From: an uncultured Clostridia bacterium
Lineage (GTDB): Bacteria; Bacillota; Clostridia; Christensenellales; UBA3700
Assembly: GCA_945872615.1 (NCBI GenBank)
Contig: CAMBZZ010000004.1
Coordinates: 80,814 to 144,813 of the forward strand
Length of the DNA stretch: 64,000 bases
Direction of reading: 5' to 3'
Part shown: in pieces, positions 1 through 11,100 of the stretch
How positions within the stretch are numbered: the first letter of the stretch is position 1
Layout of the letters: each line of letters starts with the position of its first letter
Notes under the pieces: generated by a model
Databases searched by the model: none
The model's input: the letters and a program-made list of their open reading frames with translations, nothing else
What the model was told of the DNA's origin: nothing
Program-made: the position numbers and the translations under genes

Positions 1-2521
1 TGTCAAAGTCGACCATGTCGTATTCGTCTCTCGGCAAAGACACGTGATATATATCCTTGACTTTGCCGTCGAATGAAAATGTATTGGAGATGACCTTACT
101 TGCCTTGGTTATACCCATAGCAAAGCTGATGAGTGTTGGCGGAACGTCAATATTTTCAAAAGTTCCGCTCATACTGTCCTTACCGCCTATAGCGCCAACG
201 CCGAGCCCGATTTGAGCGTAGAGTGCGCCGAGCAGTGCCGACAAAGGTTGTCCCCATCTCTCGGGGTCGGAGCCCAATCTCTTAAAGAACTCTTGCAACG
301 ACAGCCTAACGGTATCCACTCTCACACCGCAAGCCACCAACTTGGACAGCGACAAAACGATAGAATACACGCTTCCCACGAAAGGAGACGCGCTCATCAG
401 TTGTGGAGAGCAACCGTAACTCGACACGGTAGCGGTATCGGTCTTGCCGTTTACAGGTGGTTTTGCAGCCATAGCCACGGCAGGAGTAAGCTGATATTTT
501 CCTCCGAAAGGCATCAGCACGCTACCCGCGCCGATAGTAGAGTCGAAGGTCTCGCCAAGACCCTTGGTGGAACATACGTTGAGGCGGGAGAGTTCGTGAT
601 AGAGCACGCCCGCAAAATCGCCTTTTGCAAAGAGCTTTGCGCTCTCCTCATCGGGCTTATTCATATAGTCGGTGGCGTTGTCCTTGACTACTGCCTTGGT
701 AGTTTGCTTGACGCCGTTGGTATCGAGGAAGCTTCTCTTGAGGTCAACGATGCAGTTGCCCGCGTAGAACATCCTCATTCTGCCGTTGTCGGTAACTTCA
801 GCAACGGCTACGGCGTTGAGGTTTTCCTCTTTTGCATAGTTTATAAATTGTTCTACGGTGTCCTTAGCGAGCACTACCGCCATTCTCTCTTGCGATTCGG
901 ATATGGCAAGCTCAGTACCCGACAAGCCCTCGTATTTTTTAGGTACTTTGTCTAGGTAAATGTCAAGGCTGTCGGCTAGTTCGCCGATAGCTACCGACAC
1001 GCCGCCCGCGCCGAAGTCGTTGCACTTGACGATAAGTCTAGCCACGTCCTTGTTGCGGAATAGTCTTTGAATTTTTCTCTCGGTAGGAGGGTTACCCTTT
1101 TGCACTTCCGCGCCGCACACTTCCACAGACTTTTCGGTATGGGCTTTAGAACTTCCCGTTGCGCCGCCGCAACCGTCTCTACCCGTCTCTCCGCCAAGAA
1201 GCACAATAACGTCGCCTTCGATAGGCTTTCTTCTCACTACGTTTTCTTTCGGTGCGCCCGCGATGACGTAGCCCGTCTCCAATCTCTTAGCCACGTAGTT
1301 AGGATGATACATCTCGGCAACGAGACCCGTCGCCAAGCCGATTTGGTTGCCGTAACTGCTATAACCCGCAGCCGCCGTCTTGGTGATGACGCGTTGAGGC
1401 AACTTGCCCTTTAGCGTCTCTTCGATAGGTTTTCTCGGGTCGGCGGCACCAGTAACTCTCATTGCTTGATAAACGTAAGTTCTACCCGACAGCGGGTCTC
1501 TTATCGCACCGCCGAGGCAAGTAGCCGCTCCGCCGAAAGGCTCGATTTCCGTTGGGTGGTTATGCGTTTCGTTTTTGAACATTATCAGCCACTTCTCGTC
1601 CTTGCCGTCCACGTCGACGTCCACTTCCACGCTACAAGCGTTGATTTCGTCGCTCACGTCGAGGTTTTCGAGTTTGCCTTCTTTCTTCAACTTCTTGACG
1701 GCGATGGTAGCAATGTCCATCAAGCACTTATACTTGTCGCTCCTTGTTGCGTTAAACTCTTGATACAAGTCGTTGTACAAGTCGAGTGCCTTGAATAGAT
1801 GCGGATTGTCCGACTTAATATCAACGTCGGTAATCTCGGTTGCAAAGGTAGTATGACGGCAGTGATCAGACCAATAAGTGTCAATGACTTTGAGTTCAGT
1901 TTCGCTAGGGTCGCGCTTCTCTCCCGCAAAGTAATCTCTTACGAACTTGAGGTCGGCGATACTCATAGCAAAGCCCTTTTTGCCGTGATACTCAGCGATT
2001 TGCTCGTCGCTCATAGCAATGAAGCCGTCTATAGTAGGCACGGTAAGTTGCAAGTTGACTTGGCTGACAAGCGTATCGGGCAAACTCATATCTCCCTCTC
2101 TCGCCTCTACGGGGTTGATTAGGTACTTCTTGATTGCGGCTATTTGAGCGTCGGTGCAACCCTTGATTGCGTAGACTTTGGCGCACTTTATCAGCGGTCT
2201 CGGACCCATCGATAGCAACTGTACGCATTGCATAGCGCTGTCGGCTCTTTGGTCGTACTGACCCGGCAAATACTCTACCACAAAGACGGTATATCCCGCC
2301 ATATCGGGGAACTCTTCGTATAGATTATCCACGGGAGCTTCGGAGAATATCGTACTCTTAGCACTCTCGAAGACAATATCGTCGATATTTTCAATATCGT
2401 ATCTAATCAATTCTCTCACGTCCTCGGCGTTGATACCGAGTACGTTTTTGACGTCGGCAAGCGTCTTTTTTGCCGAAACGTTGTAGTTTTGTTTTTTCTC
2501 TACGAAAATTCTTTTAACCAT
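1..2521 (-). CDS. purL: Phosphoribosylformylglycinamidine (FGAM) synthase, single-chain type. The N-terminal ~840 aa are present and the 3' end runs off the window.
   Basis: Absent from the ORF track because there is no stop in the window. My translation from the ATG at 2521 reads MVKRIFVEKKQNYNVSAKK... It contains DTYWSDHCRHTTF, NHPTEIEPFGGAATCLGGAIRDP, LLGGETGRDGCGGATGSS and AISESQERMAVV. It is the last gene of the pur cluster. Confidence 0.9.
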   Translation of the reverse strand, partial: MVKRIFVEKKQNYNVSAKKTLADVKNVLGINAEDVRELIRYDIENIDDIVFESAKSTIFSEAPVDNLYEEFPDMAGYTVFVVEYLPGQYDQRADSAMQCVQLLSMGPRPLIKCAKVYAIKGCTDAQIAAIKKYLINPVEAREGDMSLPDTLVSQVNLQLTVPTIDGFIAMSDEQIAEYHGKKGFAMSIADLKFVRDYFAGEKRDPSETELKVIDTYWSDHCRHTTFATEITDVDIKSDNPHLFKALDLYNDLYQEFNATRSDKYKCLMDIATIAVKKLKKEGKLENLDVSDEINACSVEVDVDVDGKDEKWLIMFKNETHNHPTEIEPFGGAATCLGGAIRDPLSGRTYVYQAMRVTGAADPRKPIEETLKGKLPQRVITKTAAAGYSSYGNQIGLATGLVAEMYHPNYVAKRLETGYVIAGAPKENVVRRKPIEGDVIVLLGGETGRDGCGGATGSSKAHTEKSVEVCGAEVQKGNPPTERKIQRLFRNKDVARLIVKCNDFGAGGVSVAIGELADSLDIYLDKVPKKYEGLSGTELAISESQERMAVVLAKDTVEQFINYAKEENLNAVAVAEVTDNGRMRMFYAGNCIVDLKRSFLDTNGVKQTTKAVVKDNATDYMNKPDEESAKLFAKGDFAGVLYHELSRLNVCSTKGLGETFDSTIGAGSVLMPFGGKYQLTPAVAMAAKPPVNGKTDTATVSSYGCSPQLMSASPFVGSVYSIVLSLSKLVACGVRVDTVRLSLQEFFKRLGSDPERWGQPLSALLGALYAQIGLGVGAIGGKDSMSGTFENIDVPPTLISFAMGITKASKVISNTFSFDGKVKDIYHVSLPRDEYDMVDFD

Positions 2522-2532
2522 TGTCCTTATCC

Positions 2533-3789
2533 TTATTTCTTTATTCCTATATCCGTGCGATAAAACATTTTGTCAAAGTGCACCTTTTTGACGTTGGCGT
2601 AGGCGATTTCTCTAGCCTTGTCCATGTCGTCGGCAAGTGCCGTCACACCCAACACTCTACCACCGTTGGTGACGAGTACGCCGTCCTTTTTAGCCGTACC
2701 CGCGTGGTATAAGATTACGCCGTCGTCGAGTTTGTCTATAGTGATAGGCAATCCCTTGGCGTAGGCTTCGGGATAACCACCGCTTGCGACTATGACGCAT
2801 ACGGCAGTCTTATCGTTCCATTTTATATCCACTTTGTCGAGAGTGCCGTCTATGCAAGCGTTGAATATATCGTATATATCGCTCTCGAGCTTAGGCAAAA
2901 CGACTTGCGTCTCGGGGTCGCCGAAGCGTGCGTTGTACTCCAGCACCTTTACGCCGTCGCTTGTCAACATCAGTCCGCAATAAAGTACGCCCTTGAATGT
3001 TCTACCCTCTGCGCTCATGGCCTTGACGGTTGGCACGATGATAGTGTCGTACACCTCTTGCGCCATTGCGGGCGTGTAGATTTTGGAAGGTGCAAAGGTA
3101 CCCATACCGCCCGTATTGAGCCCCTCGTCGTTGTCGTGCGCTCTCTTATGGTCTTGCGAAGACACCATAGGCACGACTGTCTTGCCGTCGCAGAAGCACA
3201 ATACCGACACCTCTTTACCAACCATAAATTCTTCTATGACGACCTTTTTGCCCGCGTCCTTAAACTTGCCGTCTATCATCATTTCTTTGACGGCGTCAAC
3301 GCCCTCTTGCCTGTCGTTGCATATAATAACGCCCTTACCGAGAGCAAGTCCGTCGGCTTTGACAACGAGTGGATATTTAGCGTTGCTTACGTACTCAATC
3401 GCGCTGTCGCAGTCGTCGAATTCCACGTAGTCGGCGGTCGGAATGCCGTATTTTTTCATTAGGTTTTTGCTAAAAGCCTTGCTTGCCTCTATGATAGCCG
3501 CGTTTTTCTTAGGACCAAAGGCGCGCATACCGTTGCTCTCTAGCAAGTCTACGAGACCTCCTGCGAGAGGGTCGTCGGGCGCAACGACCGTCAAGTCGAT
3601 GTCCTTATGTTCTTTGACAAACTTAATTATATTGTCAAAGTCCATCACGCCGATATTGTGACACTCGGCTATTTCGGCTATGCCCGCATTGCCGGGCAAG
3701 CAATAAATTTTGTCCACTTTAGGGCTCTTTGAGAGTGCCATGCAGATTGCGTGTTCTCTACCGCCGCTTCCAATTACGAGTACGCTCAT
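2533..3789 (-). CDS. purD: Phosphoribosylamine--glycine ligase
   Basis: 418 aa. The N-terminus MSVLVIGSGGREHAI is typical of PurD (ATP-grasp). It lies in the pur cluster. Confidence 0.95.
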   Translation of the reverse strand: MSVLVIGSGGREHAICMALSKSPKVDKIYCLPGNAGIAEIAECHNIGVMDFDNIIKFVKEHKDIDLTVVAPDDPLAGGLVDLLESNGMRAFGPKKNAAIIEASKAFSKNLMKKYGIPTADYVEFDDCDSAIEYVSNAKYPLVVKADGLALGKGVIICNDRQEGVDAVKEMMIDGKFKDAGKKVVIEEFMVGKEVSVLCFCDGKTVVPMVSSQDHKRAHDNDEGLNTGGMGTFAPSKIYTPAMAQEVYDTIIVPTVKAMSAEGRTFKGVLYCGLMLTSDGVKVLEYNARFGDPETQVVLPKLESDIYDIFNACIDGTLDKVDIKWNDKTAVCVIVASGGYPEAYAKGLPITIDKLDDGVILYHAGTAKKDGVLVTNGGRVLGVTALADDMDKAREIAYANVKKVHFDKMFYRTDIGIKK

Positions 3790-3798
3790 ATTCTCTCC

Positions 3799-5337
3799 TT
3801 AGTGTTTGAAGTGTCTATCGCCTGTAAATACCATTGCAATTCCGTATCTGTTGCACGCGTCAATGCTGAGTTGGTCGTTTCTACTTCCGCCGGGTTGCAT
3901 AATTGCGGCGATTTTGCCTTGGTGAGCCGCTTCTACGCAGTCGTCGAACGGGAAGAAAGCGTCGGAAGCAAGCACGGCGCCCTCGGTCGAGGTCAAAGAA
4001 TGCTCGATAGCTTGCTTGGTAGCCCTTATTCTATTGACCTGTCCTCCGCCTATACCCAGGATAGTCTTGTCCTTAGCCACCACGATAGCGTTGGACTTGG
4101 TGTGTTTGACCACCTTCATTGCGAATATCAAGTCTTCCATTTGCTCTTTGGTGACCTTCTTTTCGGTGACGTCAACGACTTTGCTCATATCTACGACCAT
4201 TTTGTCGTACTCTTGAACGAGCAAACCTCCGAGCACCTTTTTCATATCGTAGCAGCCTTGAGGTATTGGGCTTGCTATTCCTTCGAGTTTGAGTAGTCTG
4301 ATATTAGGCTTTTGGGTGAGGATTGCAAGTGCGTCCTCATCGAAGTCGGGAGCTACTACTATCTCGATAAAGATTTTATGTATTTGCTCGGCAGTCGCCT
4401 TGTCGATAGTTCTATTTGCAGCCACTATTCCGCCGAAGATAGAGGTTGGATCTGCCGCGTTAGCTTTGTAGAAAGCCTCCGAGATAGTCTCGGCGGTAGC
4501 CACTCCGCAAGGGTTGGCGTGCTTGACGGCAACTATAGTCGGCTCGTCAAACTCTCTTAGCAAGTCGAGTGCACCGTTGGTGTCGTTGATATTGTTATAA
4601 CTCAGTTCTTTACCGTGAAGTTGAACGGCGGTTGCAAGCGAGCCCTTGACGTCGAACGCCTCCTTGTAGAATACTGCGTTTTGGTGAGGGTTTTCGCCGT
4701 AGCGCATATCTTGCGCCTTGTCAAAAGCCATAGTAAATTGGTCTGGGAACTCTATACCGAGTTTGCTTCTGAGATAGTTGGCAATGAGGGTATCGTAGTA
4801 AGAAGTATGTTGATATACCTTGTACATAAGGTAGAATTTTGTTTCTTTCTTTATCTCGCCCTCTTCGAGTTCCGTCAAAACTTTAGCATAGTCGGCAGGA
4901 TCGACCACGACTGCAACGTCTTGGTAGTTTTTAGCCGCGCTTCTGAGCATCGTAGGTCCGCCGATGTCGATATTTTCGATAGCGGTCTGCAAGTCTACGT
5001 TTGGCTTAGACACGGTTGCCTTAAAAGGATAGAGGTTTACCACCACTATATCTATAGTATTGATATTCATCTTTTCAAGAAAAGCCATATGTTCTGCGTT
5101 ATCTCTCATAGCCAAAAGACCCGCATGCACGTTAGGGTGCAAGGTCTTAACTCTGCCGTCGAGGCACTCCGGGAAGCCCGTTATCGAACTGATGTCGATT
5201 GCATCGAGTCCCGCTTCTTTGAGGACTTTGAGCGTTCCGCCAGTAGAGATAATCTCGTAGCCGAAGCCCACGAGGCGAGAGGCAAAGTCGACGATGCCGC
5301 TCTTGTCCGATACGCTTATCAATGCTCTTTTTTTCAT
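3799..5337 (-). CDS. purH: Bifunctional AICAR formyltransferase / IMP cyclohydrolase
   Basis: 512 aa. [19 protein letters not shown]...GGTLKVL and [14 protein letters not shown] are PurH hallmarks. Confidence 0.95.
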   Translation of the reverse strand: MKKRALISVSDKSGIVDFASRLVGFGYEIISTGGTLKVLKEAGLDAIDISSITGFPECLDGRVKTLHPNVHAGLLAMRDNAEHMAFLEKMNINTIDIVVVNLYPFKATVSKPNVDLQTAIENIDIGGPTMLRSAAKNYQDVAVVVDPADYAKVLTELEEGEIKKETKFYLMYKVYQHTSYYDTLIANYLRSKLGIEFPDQFTMAFDKAQDMRYGENPHQNAVFYKEAFDVKGSLATAVQLHGKELSYNNINDTNGALDLLREFDEPTIVAVKHANPCGVATAETISEAFYKANAADPTSIFGGIVAANRTIDKATAEQIHKIFIEIVVAPDFDEDALAILTQKPNIRLLKLEGIASPIPQGCYDMKKVLGGLLVQEYDKMVVDMSKVVDVTEKKVTKEQMEDLIFAMKVVKHTKSNAIVVAKDKTILGIGGGQVNRIRATKQAIEHSLTSTEGAVLASDAFFPFDDCVEAAHQGKIAAIMQPGGSRNDQLSIDACNRYGIAMVFTGDRHFKH

Positions 5338-5361
5338 TTTATTTCTCCTTATACGTATTGA

Positions 5362-5940
5362 TTATTTACACAATTTTGCCACGACCGACGGCAAAAGAAT
5401 ATGTTCTTGTATTAGCACTCTCTCTTGCAATGTTTGAGGAGTGTCGCCTTCTAAGACGGGCACTTTGACTTGAGCAATTATCTCGCCCGTATCGGCGCCC
5501 TCGTCCACGAAATGTACCGTTGCGCCGCTCTCTTTTTCGCCGGCTTCCAGCACGGCTGTATGCACCTTTAGTCCGTACATACCCTTTCCGCAAAACTTAG
5601 GTATCAGCGATGGGTGAATATTGATAATCTTGCCTCTATATTTGTCCACGAGGCATGGGGTAACTATCGCGAGATACCCCGCCAACACCACCAACTCTAC
5701 CTCCTTTTCGCTAAGGTATTCTATGATAGCTCTGTCTCTGTCCTCGGCGTCCTCGTAGTCGCCCAACTTATAGACTTTGCTCTCGATACCGTGTTTCTCA
5801 GCTCTATCCAGCGCGCCAATGCCGTCCTTGTTTGTTACCACGGCTACGACCTTGCCGTCTATAAGACCGCTCTCACAGCCGTCTATAACCGACTGCATGT
5901 CGCTACCGCCACCCGAAGCGAATATTGCTATTCTCTTCAT
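5362..5940 (-). CDS. purN: Phosphoribosylglycinamide formyltransferase
   Basis: 192 aa. It contains [15 protein letters not shown] and INIHPSLIP motifs, and overlaps purM by 4 nt. Confidence 0.9.
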   Translation of the reverse strand: MKRIAIFASGGGSDMQSVIDGCESGLIDGKVVAVVTNKDGIGALDRAEKHGIESKVYKLGDYEDAEDRDRAIIEYLSEKEVELVVLAGYLAIVTPCLVDKYRGKIINIHPSLIPKFCGKGMYGLKVHTAVLEAGEKESGATVHFVDEGADTGEIIAQVKVPVLEGDTPQTLQERVLIQEHILLPSVVAKLCK

Positions 5941-6953
5941 AGCTCTACGCCCTCTTTGTCCGTCACTTCGCCTATGATATAAGCCTTTTCGCCCATAGCG
6001 TTTAGCTCGTCGGTGACGGCGGTTGCAATTTGTGGGTCAACGGCTAGCACCATACCTATACCCATATTAAAGGTGTTGCACATTTTGGTGTCGTCAATGC
6101 CCGCAATCTCTTGAAGAGCCTTGAAGAGTTTAGGCAGCGGATAACTGCTTCTATCGATATGCACACCCATACCCTTAGGAATGATACGAGGCACGTTTTC
6201 GATAAAGCCACCGCCCGTAATATGTGCAATGCCCTTAATCTCGAATTTTTCTATTATGCTAAGAACCGTCTTGACGTAAATTCTCGTAGGCGTCAATACC
6301 ACTTCGGCAGGGGTGCAACCCAACGTCTCGTTGTACTTATTGAGGCTCTTCTTGTCCTCGCCGAATAGCTTTCTGACGAGAGAATATCCGTTGGAGTGGA
6401 TACCGCTACTTGCTAAGCCTATTAGTTTGTCGCCCACCTTGATATTTTTGCCGTTGATAATCTTCTTTTTGTTGACGATACCTACCGCAAAGCCCGCGAT
6501 GTCGTATTCGTCCTTGGCATAAAATCCCGGCATCTCGGCAGTCTCACCGCCGATGAGCGCACACCCCGATTGGCAACAGCCCTCAGCCACACCCTTGACG
6601 ATAGTAGCCACTTTGTTTGGCTCTAACTTGGATAGAGCGATATAGTCTAGGAACAATAGTGGTTTTGCGCCTTGGCACACGATATCGTTGACGCACATAG
6701 CCACGGCGTCTATACCGATAGTGTCGTGCTTGTCCAATACGAAGGCGTATTTGAGTTTCGTACCCACGCCGTCGGTACCCGCCACCAAGCAATCTCCGTC
6801 CTCTCTGTCGTCTAGCGCATAAAAGCCTCCGAAACTGCCGAGATCTCCCAGCACGTTGCCGTCGTACGTCTTTTTTACGTACTGTTTCATCAGTTTTACC
6901 GCCTCGTAACCTGCCTCTACGTCCACGCCCGCGGACTTGTAATCAATAGCCAT
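5937..6953 (-). CDS. purM: Phosphoribosylformylglycinamidine cyclo-ligase (AIR synthetase)
   Basis: 338 aa. [11 protein letters not shown]...GTDGVGTKL and the length are typical of PurM. Confidence 0.95.
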   Translation of the reverse strand: MAIDYKSAGVDVEAGYEAVKLMKQYVKKTYDGNVLGDLGSFGGFYALDDREDGDCLVAGTDGVGTKLKYAFVLDKHDTIGIDAVAMCVNDIVCQGAKPLLFLDYIALSKLEPNKVATIVKGVAEGCCQSGCALIGGETAEMPGFYAKDEYDIAGFAVGIVNKKKIINGKNIKVGDKLIGLASSGIHSNGYSLVRKLFGEDKKSLNKYNETLGCTPAEVVLTPTRIYVKTVLSIIEKFEIKGIAHITGGGFIENVPRIIPKGMGVHIDRSSYPLPKLFKALQEIAGIDDTKMCNTFNMGIGMVLAVDPQIATAVTDELNAMGEKAYIIGEVTDKEGVEL

Positions 6954-7050
6954 TTTGTCCTCCTTGAATAAATGGAATATGGGCTTGCTTCCAAACCCAT
7001 ACGAATATAGTAATTTTTAATAATTTCTCTTCATAGCAACACACTCTCTA

Positions 7051-7539
7051 TTACACGAGTTGTTGTAGTTTGGCGTCGTCGCCGTTGATTTTGTCCGCCA
7101 TATCTTGCTTGTACTTTTTCATCTTTTCGCCAAGCTCGGGATATTTGATAGCAAGCATTTGTATAGCAAGTAGTCCCGCGTTGAGTCCGCCGTTGATAGC
7201 CACGCAAGCCACGGGTATACCCGACGGCATTTGCACCATAGAGAGCAAACTATCCAGTCCGTCCATGGTAGAACTCTTGACAGGCAGTCCTATGATAGGT
7301 AGCGAGGTATATGCGGCAATCACTCCGCCCAGGTGCGCCGCTTTGCCCGCAGCACAAATAATCACTTCGATACCGTTAGCCTCGGCATTGCAAGCATACT
7401 CGTGAGCCTCGTTGGGAGTACGGTGCGCAGAGATAACTCTGGCGTCGACTTCCACGCCGAATTTTTTAAGTATTTCGATTGCAGGTTTTACTACGTCAAG
7501 GTCGCTGAGGCTACCCATTATCACGCCGACTTTAGCCAT
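7051..7539 (-). CDS. purE: 5-(carboxyamino)imidazole ribonucleotide mutase
   Basis: 162 aa. VGVIMGSLSDLDV...SAHRTP is the PurE signature. It is the first gene of the pur cluster. Confidence 0.95.
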   Translation of the reverse strand: MAKVGVIMGSLSDLDVVKPAIEILKKFGVEVDARVISAHRTPNEAHEYACNAEANGIEVIICAAGKAAHLGGVIAAYTSLPIIGLPVKSSTMDGLDSLLSMVQMPSGIPVACVAINGGLNAGLLAIQMLAIKYPELGEKMKKYKQDMADKINGDDAKLQQLV

Positions 7540-7733
7540 ATTTTTCTCCTAAAAGTTTGTCAAAATAAATAAGAAAAAAGATAAATAATCTTACTGCCCA
7601 TATACTACCATATTTTGATAGATTTTTGCAAGGAAAAAGCCCCAAAATAAAATATTTTTATACAAAATATAAAATTTGCATATTTTTGTCGATTTTTTGG
7701 TTTTTTAACGGTTTTTTTCTCTAATTTGGGGAG

Positions 7734-7864
7734 TTATCCACAGCATTATCCACATTTGACCTCAGTTATCCACATTCCGAAAAGTCGATTTTTTGCCCCT
7801 CTTTGACGACAAGTATCGGTTTTTTACCAAAATCATCAAACCAAATATAACCGACTTATCCACA
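7734..7864 (+). promoter_or_regulatory. Cluster of four perfect DnaA boxes (TTATCCACA), all in the same orientation
   Basis: Exact 9-mers at 7734-7742, 7746-7754, 7766-7774 and 7856-7864. A strongly AT-rich tract lies at 7643-7700, and weaker box-like 9-mers follow up to about 7950. Confidence 0.8.
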
Positions 7865-8071
7865 TACGATTTTATCTGATTTTATGCAATTTCCACCCCT
7901 ATTTCTATCCAAAATCTATCATGTTTTGTCTATATTTTCATCCAAACGCGTCATAGTCCATATACGTCCGATATTTTTCTTCCGCTCCCCGCGCATTATC
8001 TTTAGCCCGTATGTTACTACATGTTATTTTTAATTGAAGCTACTTTCCTCATAGCCGCCCTCTTTCCTCTT

Positions 8072-8099
8072 AAAAAAAGCCTACACGGTTTGGCTTTTT
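8072..8099 (-). terminator. Rho-independent terminator downstream of the 1169-aa ORF (bidirectional shape)
   Basis: aaaaaaagcc-tacacggtt-tggcttttt: a stem flanked by A and T runs. Confidence 0.6.
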
Positions 8100-8137
8100 A
8101 GTATCGTTTCTGTTTGTTTGCGCTTTACACCGATTAG

Positions 8138-11100
8138 CTACGCAAGTCCACCTTCTTTGGCTCTCCACAAAGACAAGACTTTGCTTGATTTATCATCAAA
8201 GTGGTACTTGATTTCGCCCAATACTCTATCGGAGATTTTTACTTTGTGGAAGTATTGTTTGAGTGTCTTGATTACCTCTCTTGCCTCGTCCACCTCAGTG
8301 TCGCTATACAAGCACTCGTATATATCTTCTACGACGGTATGATTGATTACGTAGTCGGCTATCTCTACGCCCACTCTCGTATACTCGCCCTTGTCCGCCT
8401 TGTTTAAGCCTTTCCAAAGTCGGTCTATCAATTCGTTTGTTCCCTTGACAGTTCCTACCATACCTTTGTCCTCGAAGACAAGCCTCTCTTCTATATTGGC
8501 TATTATCTTCTTGACTTCGTCTTTGGTAAATATCTTGTCGGTGGTAAGGTTGCCCTGTGCCTTGATTATATCCCCAACTTGGCTTGGTGCGGGCGACTTG
8601 CGAGATTGTTTTATATCGGTAGGATTTTTTGAAACAAAATCTTGACTTTTTATATCTATCTTGCGTATAATAGTATCAGAAGCCAAGTTTGTTATAACGT
8701 CGGACAATTGGAGTCCGGGGTTCACTGATACTCTTTGGCTTCTTTTTTTATCCCAAAAAAGTATTTTATCATTATCAATGAATTTTTTTATATAATTATA
8801 AAAATTGTCTTTTCCATATGCACTTGTCATTACATTGGCTTGAATGACAACATTCTCCAATCTTCCTACGCCGTTAACTTTAATCGCTACAATAACAGGT
8901 CTTCTTTGTTTATCTATTGCTTGCGTTATCAAAACAACGCTATCATCTCTCGTTAGGCTCTCAGCTATCAATGCAGGTTTCTCTATAAGATTTGGTAGTT
9001 GTTTTATTATGTCTATACCTAACCCGTGATAGTTTAGACCTTTTTTACCACTCTCATTTACCGTTGTGTCCAAATGTCGTGCAGTCATCAAAATTGGAAG
9101 TTTTGGCAAACCAACGTCTTGCAATATTTGTGGTGTGTCCATAATTTTGAGATGCGTTGACGTAGTATCTTTTCCGCCCAATATGTCATCTACTTGCTCG
9201 GCAAATGGCTTGATAGAGTACCTTATATCTTGATTGCTCGTTGGGTTGAGATTGGTTGTGAGTTTGATTTGCTCGGGATAAAATGCAACGTAACTAATTC
9301 CTCTATCTTTTACGCCACTTGGCATAGGTACGCCACCCTCGTCAACGATTATACCGTCATAGTCAAGACCTTTCTCTTGCAAAAAGTCATACATATCCGC
9401 ACCGTCAGTCCAATCAAGCAGTCCTCTCTTAGTCAATGGTGCACCATTGCCCCATTGCCCATAAAATTGCTCCTCAAATATTTTTCTTGCTTTCTTTTCC
9501 CTTGTGTCAAACGGCTTTTTGATATCCAAATATACCGAGTATACATTATCATTGTTCATCTTTGCATATTCGGTGGCATACTGCTTGTCGGCAGTAAAAT
9601 ACGTTCCCTCAAGGTCGGTTTTGAATATAGTAAAGCCCGCATTGCGACTTCCGTGATAAACTACAAGCAAATTGCCTTGCTCGTCTCTTACCTTGCTATC
9701 TCTAAAATATTCCGCTTGTTGTTGGGTTAATTCGTTGCCTTGACTGTCTTTGAGAGAATAATCTATTCCTTGCTTGCTTGAATCGCCGCTCTCACTATCT
9801 CCGCTTCGGTCGCTTGAAGTTTGCCATTTTTTAGATTCTTCTTCACCCACTCGTTGAATTGAATTATCTTTTCTTCTGTATTGAGTTTCATCACCAATAA
9901 GACTTGATTTTTCTCTTCCAATGGTATTTCTGCGTTTATTGAGTTTATCAATCTCATAAGTGCTTCCCTGTATGGACTCGATTTTGCCACTCCTACCATA
10001 TTGTTTTATCTCCTCAAATATTTTATTATACTCGGCTTTAGTGATATAGTCTTCAACTTGATAGCCATTATCAGCATCATCAAACTTTTCTACAAGATAC
10101 CACCTACCATTCATAGAAATAAGTGTTTGGTCTCCAGCAACAATATTTGGTTGCCTTGTCCACCATATAGCAAGACGGTGTGCTTCGCTTCCACCACTTT
10201 CTCTTTCTCCCGGAAAGTTTTTATGTAGAAAACTAAATTTCCTTTGAAACTGTACATTTTTATTATACTGCAACGCAAGCGTTTGGTCAACACCAACCTC
10301 GGCATTTTGCTCGTCTACTTGGACTTGCTTGTTTTCCTCAATGCCTTGTTCTATCATCTTAGCAAGTGCTTGTCTTTCAGGCGTGTTGTAAGCAGCCTTT
10401 AGGTAGAGCCTTTCGGCGGTTAGAAGTTGACTATATCGACGTCTTTCTACTTTGTTCATCTTGAAGACTTTGATTATATTTTGTATTGTTTCTACTATAC
10501 GCTTTGCAAGATTTGGCTTGTCTTTGACGATTCGGTTGATAAAGTCTTCGTTGCCAAGCACTTCTTCTGCAAGTTTTGCGTTGAGTTCGCTATCAAACAA
10601 CTCTATTAGATTTTTTTCTTCTTGGCTTAATTGCTCATTATTATCTTGCTTTTCGATGGCTTTAAGCAATACTTGTCCGTCTATATCATATAGTTTGGCT
10701 ACGCCGTTGATGATATCATCTAACTTGCCTTGCTCGTTCAATACAAACCTTAGATGAGCGGATAATTGGTTGTAATCTCCACCCGATTTTTCTACACTGT
10801 GCATTACTTCGTGTATTAGAGTACCAACCCAATTTCCGTTTTCCAACGTGTCTTTGGCAATATAAATATTGTTATCCGTACCGTTATAGTTTCCGTTGAA
10901 CATTTGGTTTTCGTCCACCACAACGAGTTTGAGATTTCTCATTCCATAAGAGCCTAATTTCTCAACGGCTTGTTTGGCTGTTGCAAGGTCTTGTTTGGCT
11001 TTATCTCCGAGTTCTCCACTATATACCTTTATTTTCTCGACTTGTTCTCTTGCTTCTTCAATTGACACGCTGTTTATTTGAGCATATCTCTTGGCATTAT

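Noticed and set aside
212-955. Other long antisense ORFs: 212..955, 34062..34844, 40665..41489, 45638..46459, 55256..56176, 29105..29872 and 30475..31161.
   Set aside because: Each is fully embedded antisense to a confidently identified gene (purL, ATPase, aroC, leuA, aminotransferase, obg, nfnB). All have shadow-frame composition.
7540-7733. A purine or ZTP riboswitch upstream of purE.
   Set aside because: The putative promoter (TTGCAA...TAGTAT around 7590-7625) leaves only a ~70-nt AT-rich leader. It has no conserved purine-riboswitch junction sequences and no pfl/ZTP motif.
7640-7960. The chromosomal replication origin (oriC) at the DnaA-box cluster.
   Set aside because: Gene orientation does not switch here: the pur genes on the left and the 1169-aa ORF and gdhA on the right are all on the minus strand, as is more than 90% of the next 50 kb. 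No dnaA, dnaN or rpmH gene is adjacent. I see no DnaA-trio-like trinucleotide repeat between the boxes and the AT-rich tract. I kept it as a non-oriC DnaA-box cluster or relic origin. A whole-genome GC-skew analysis would settle the question.
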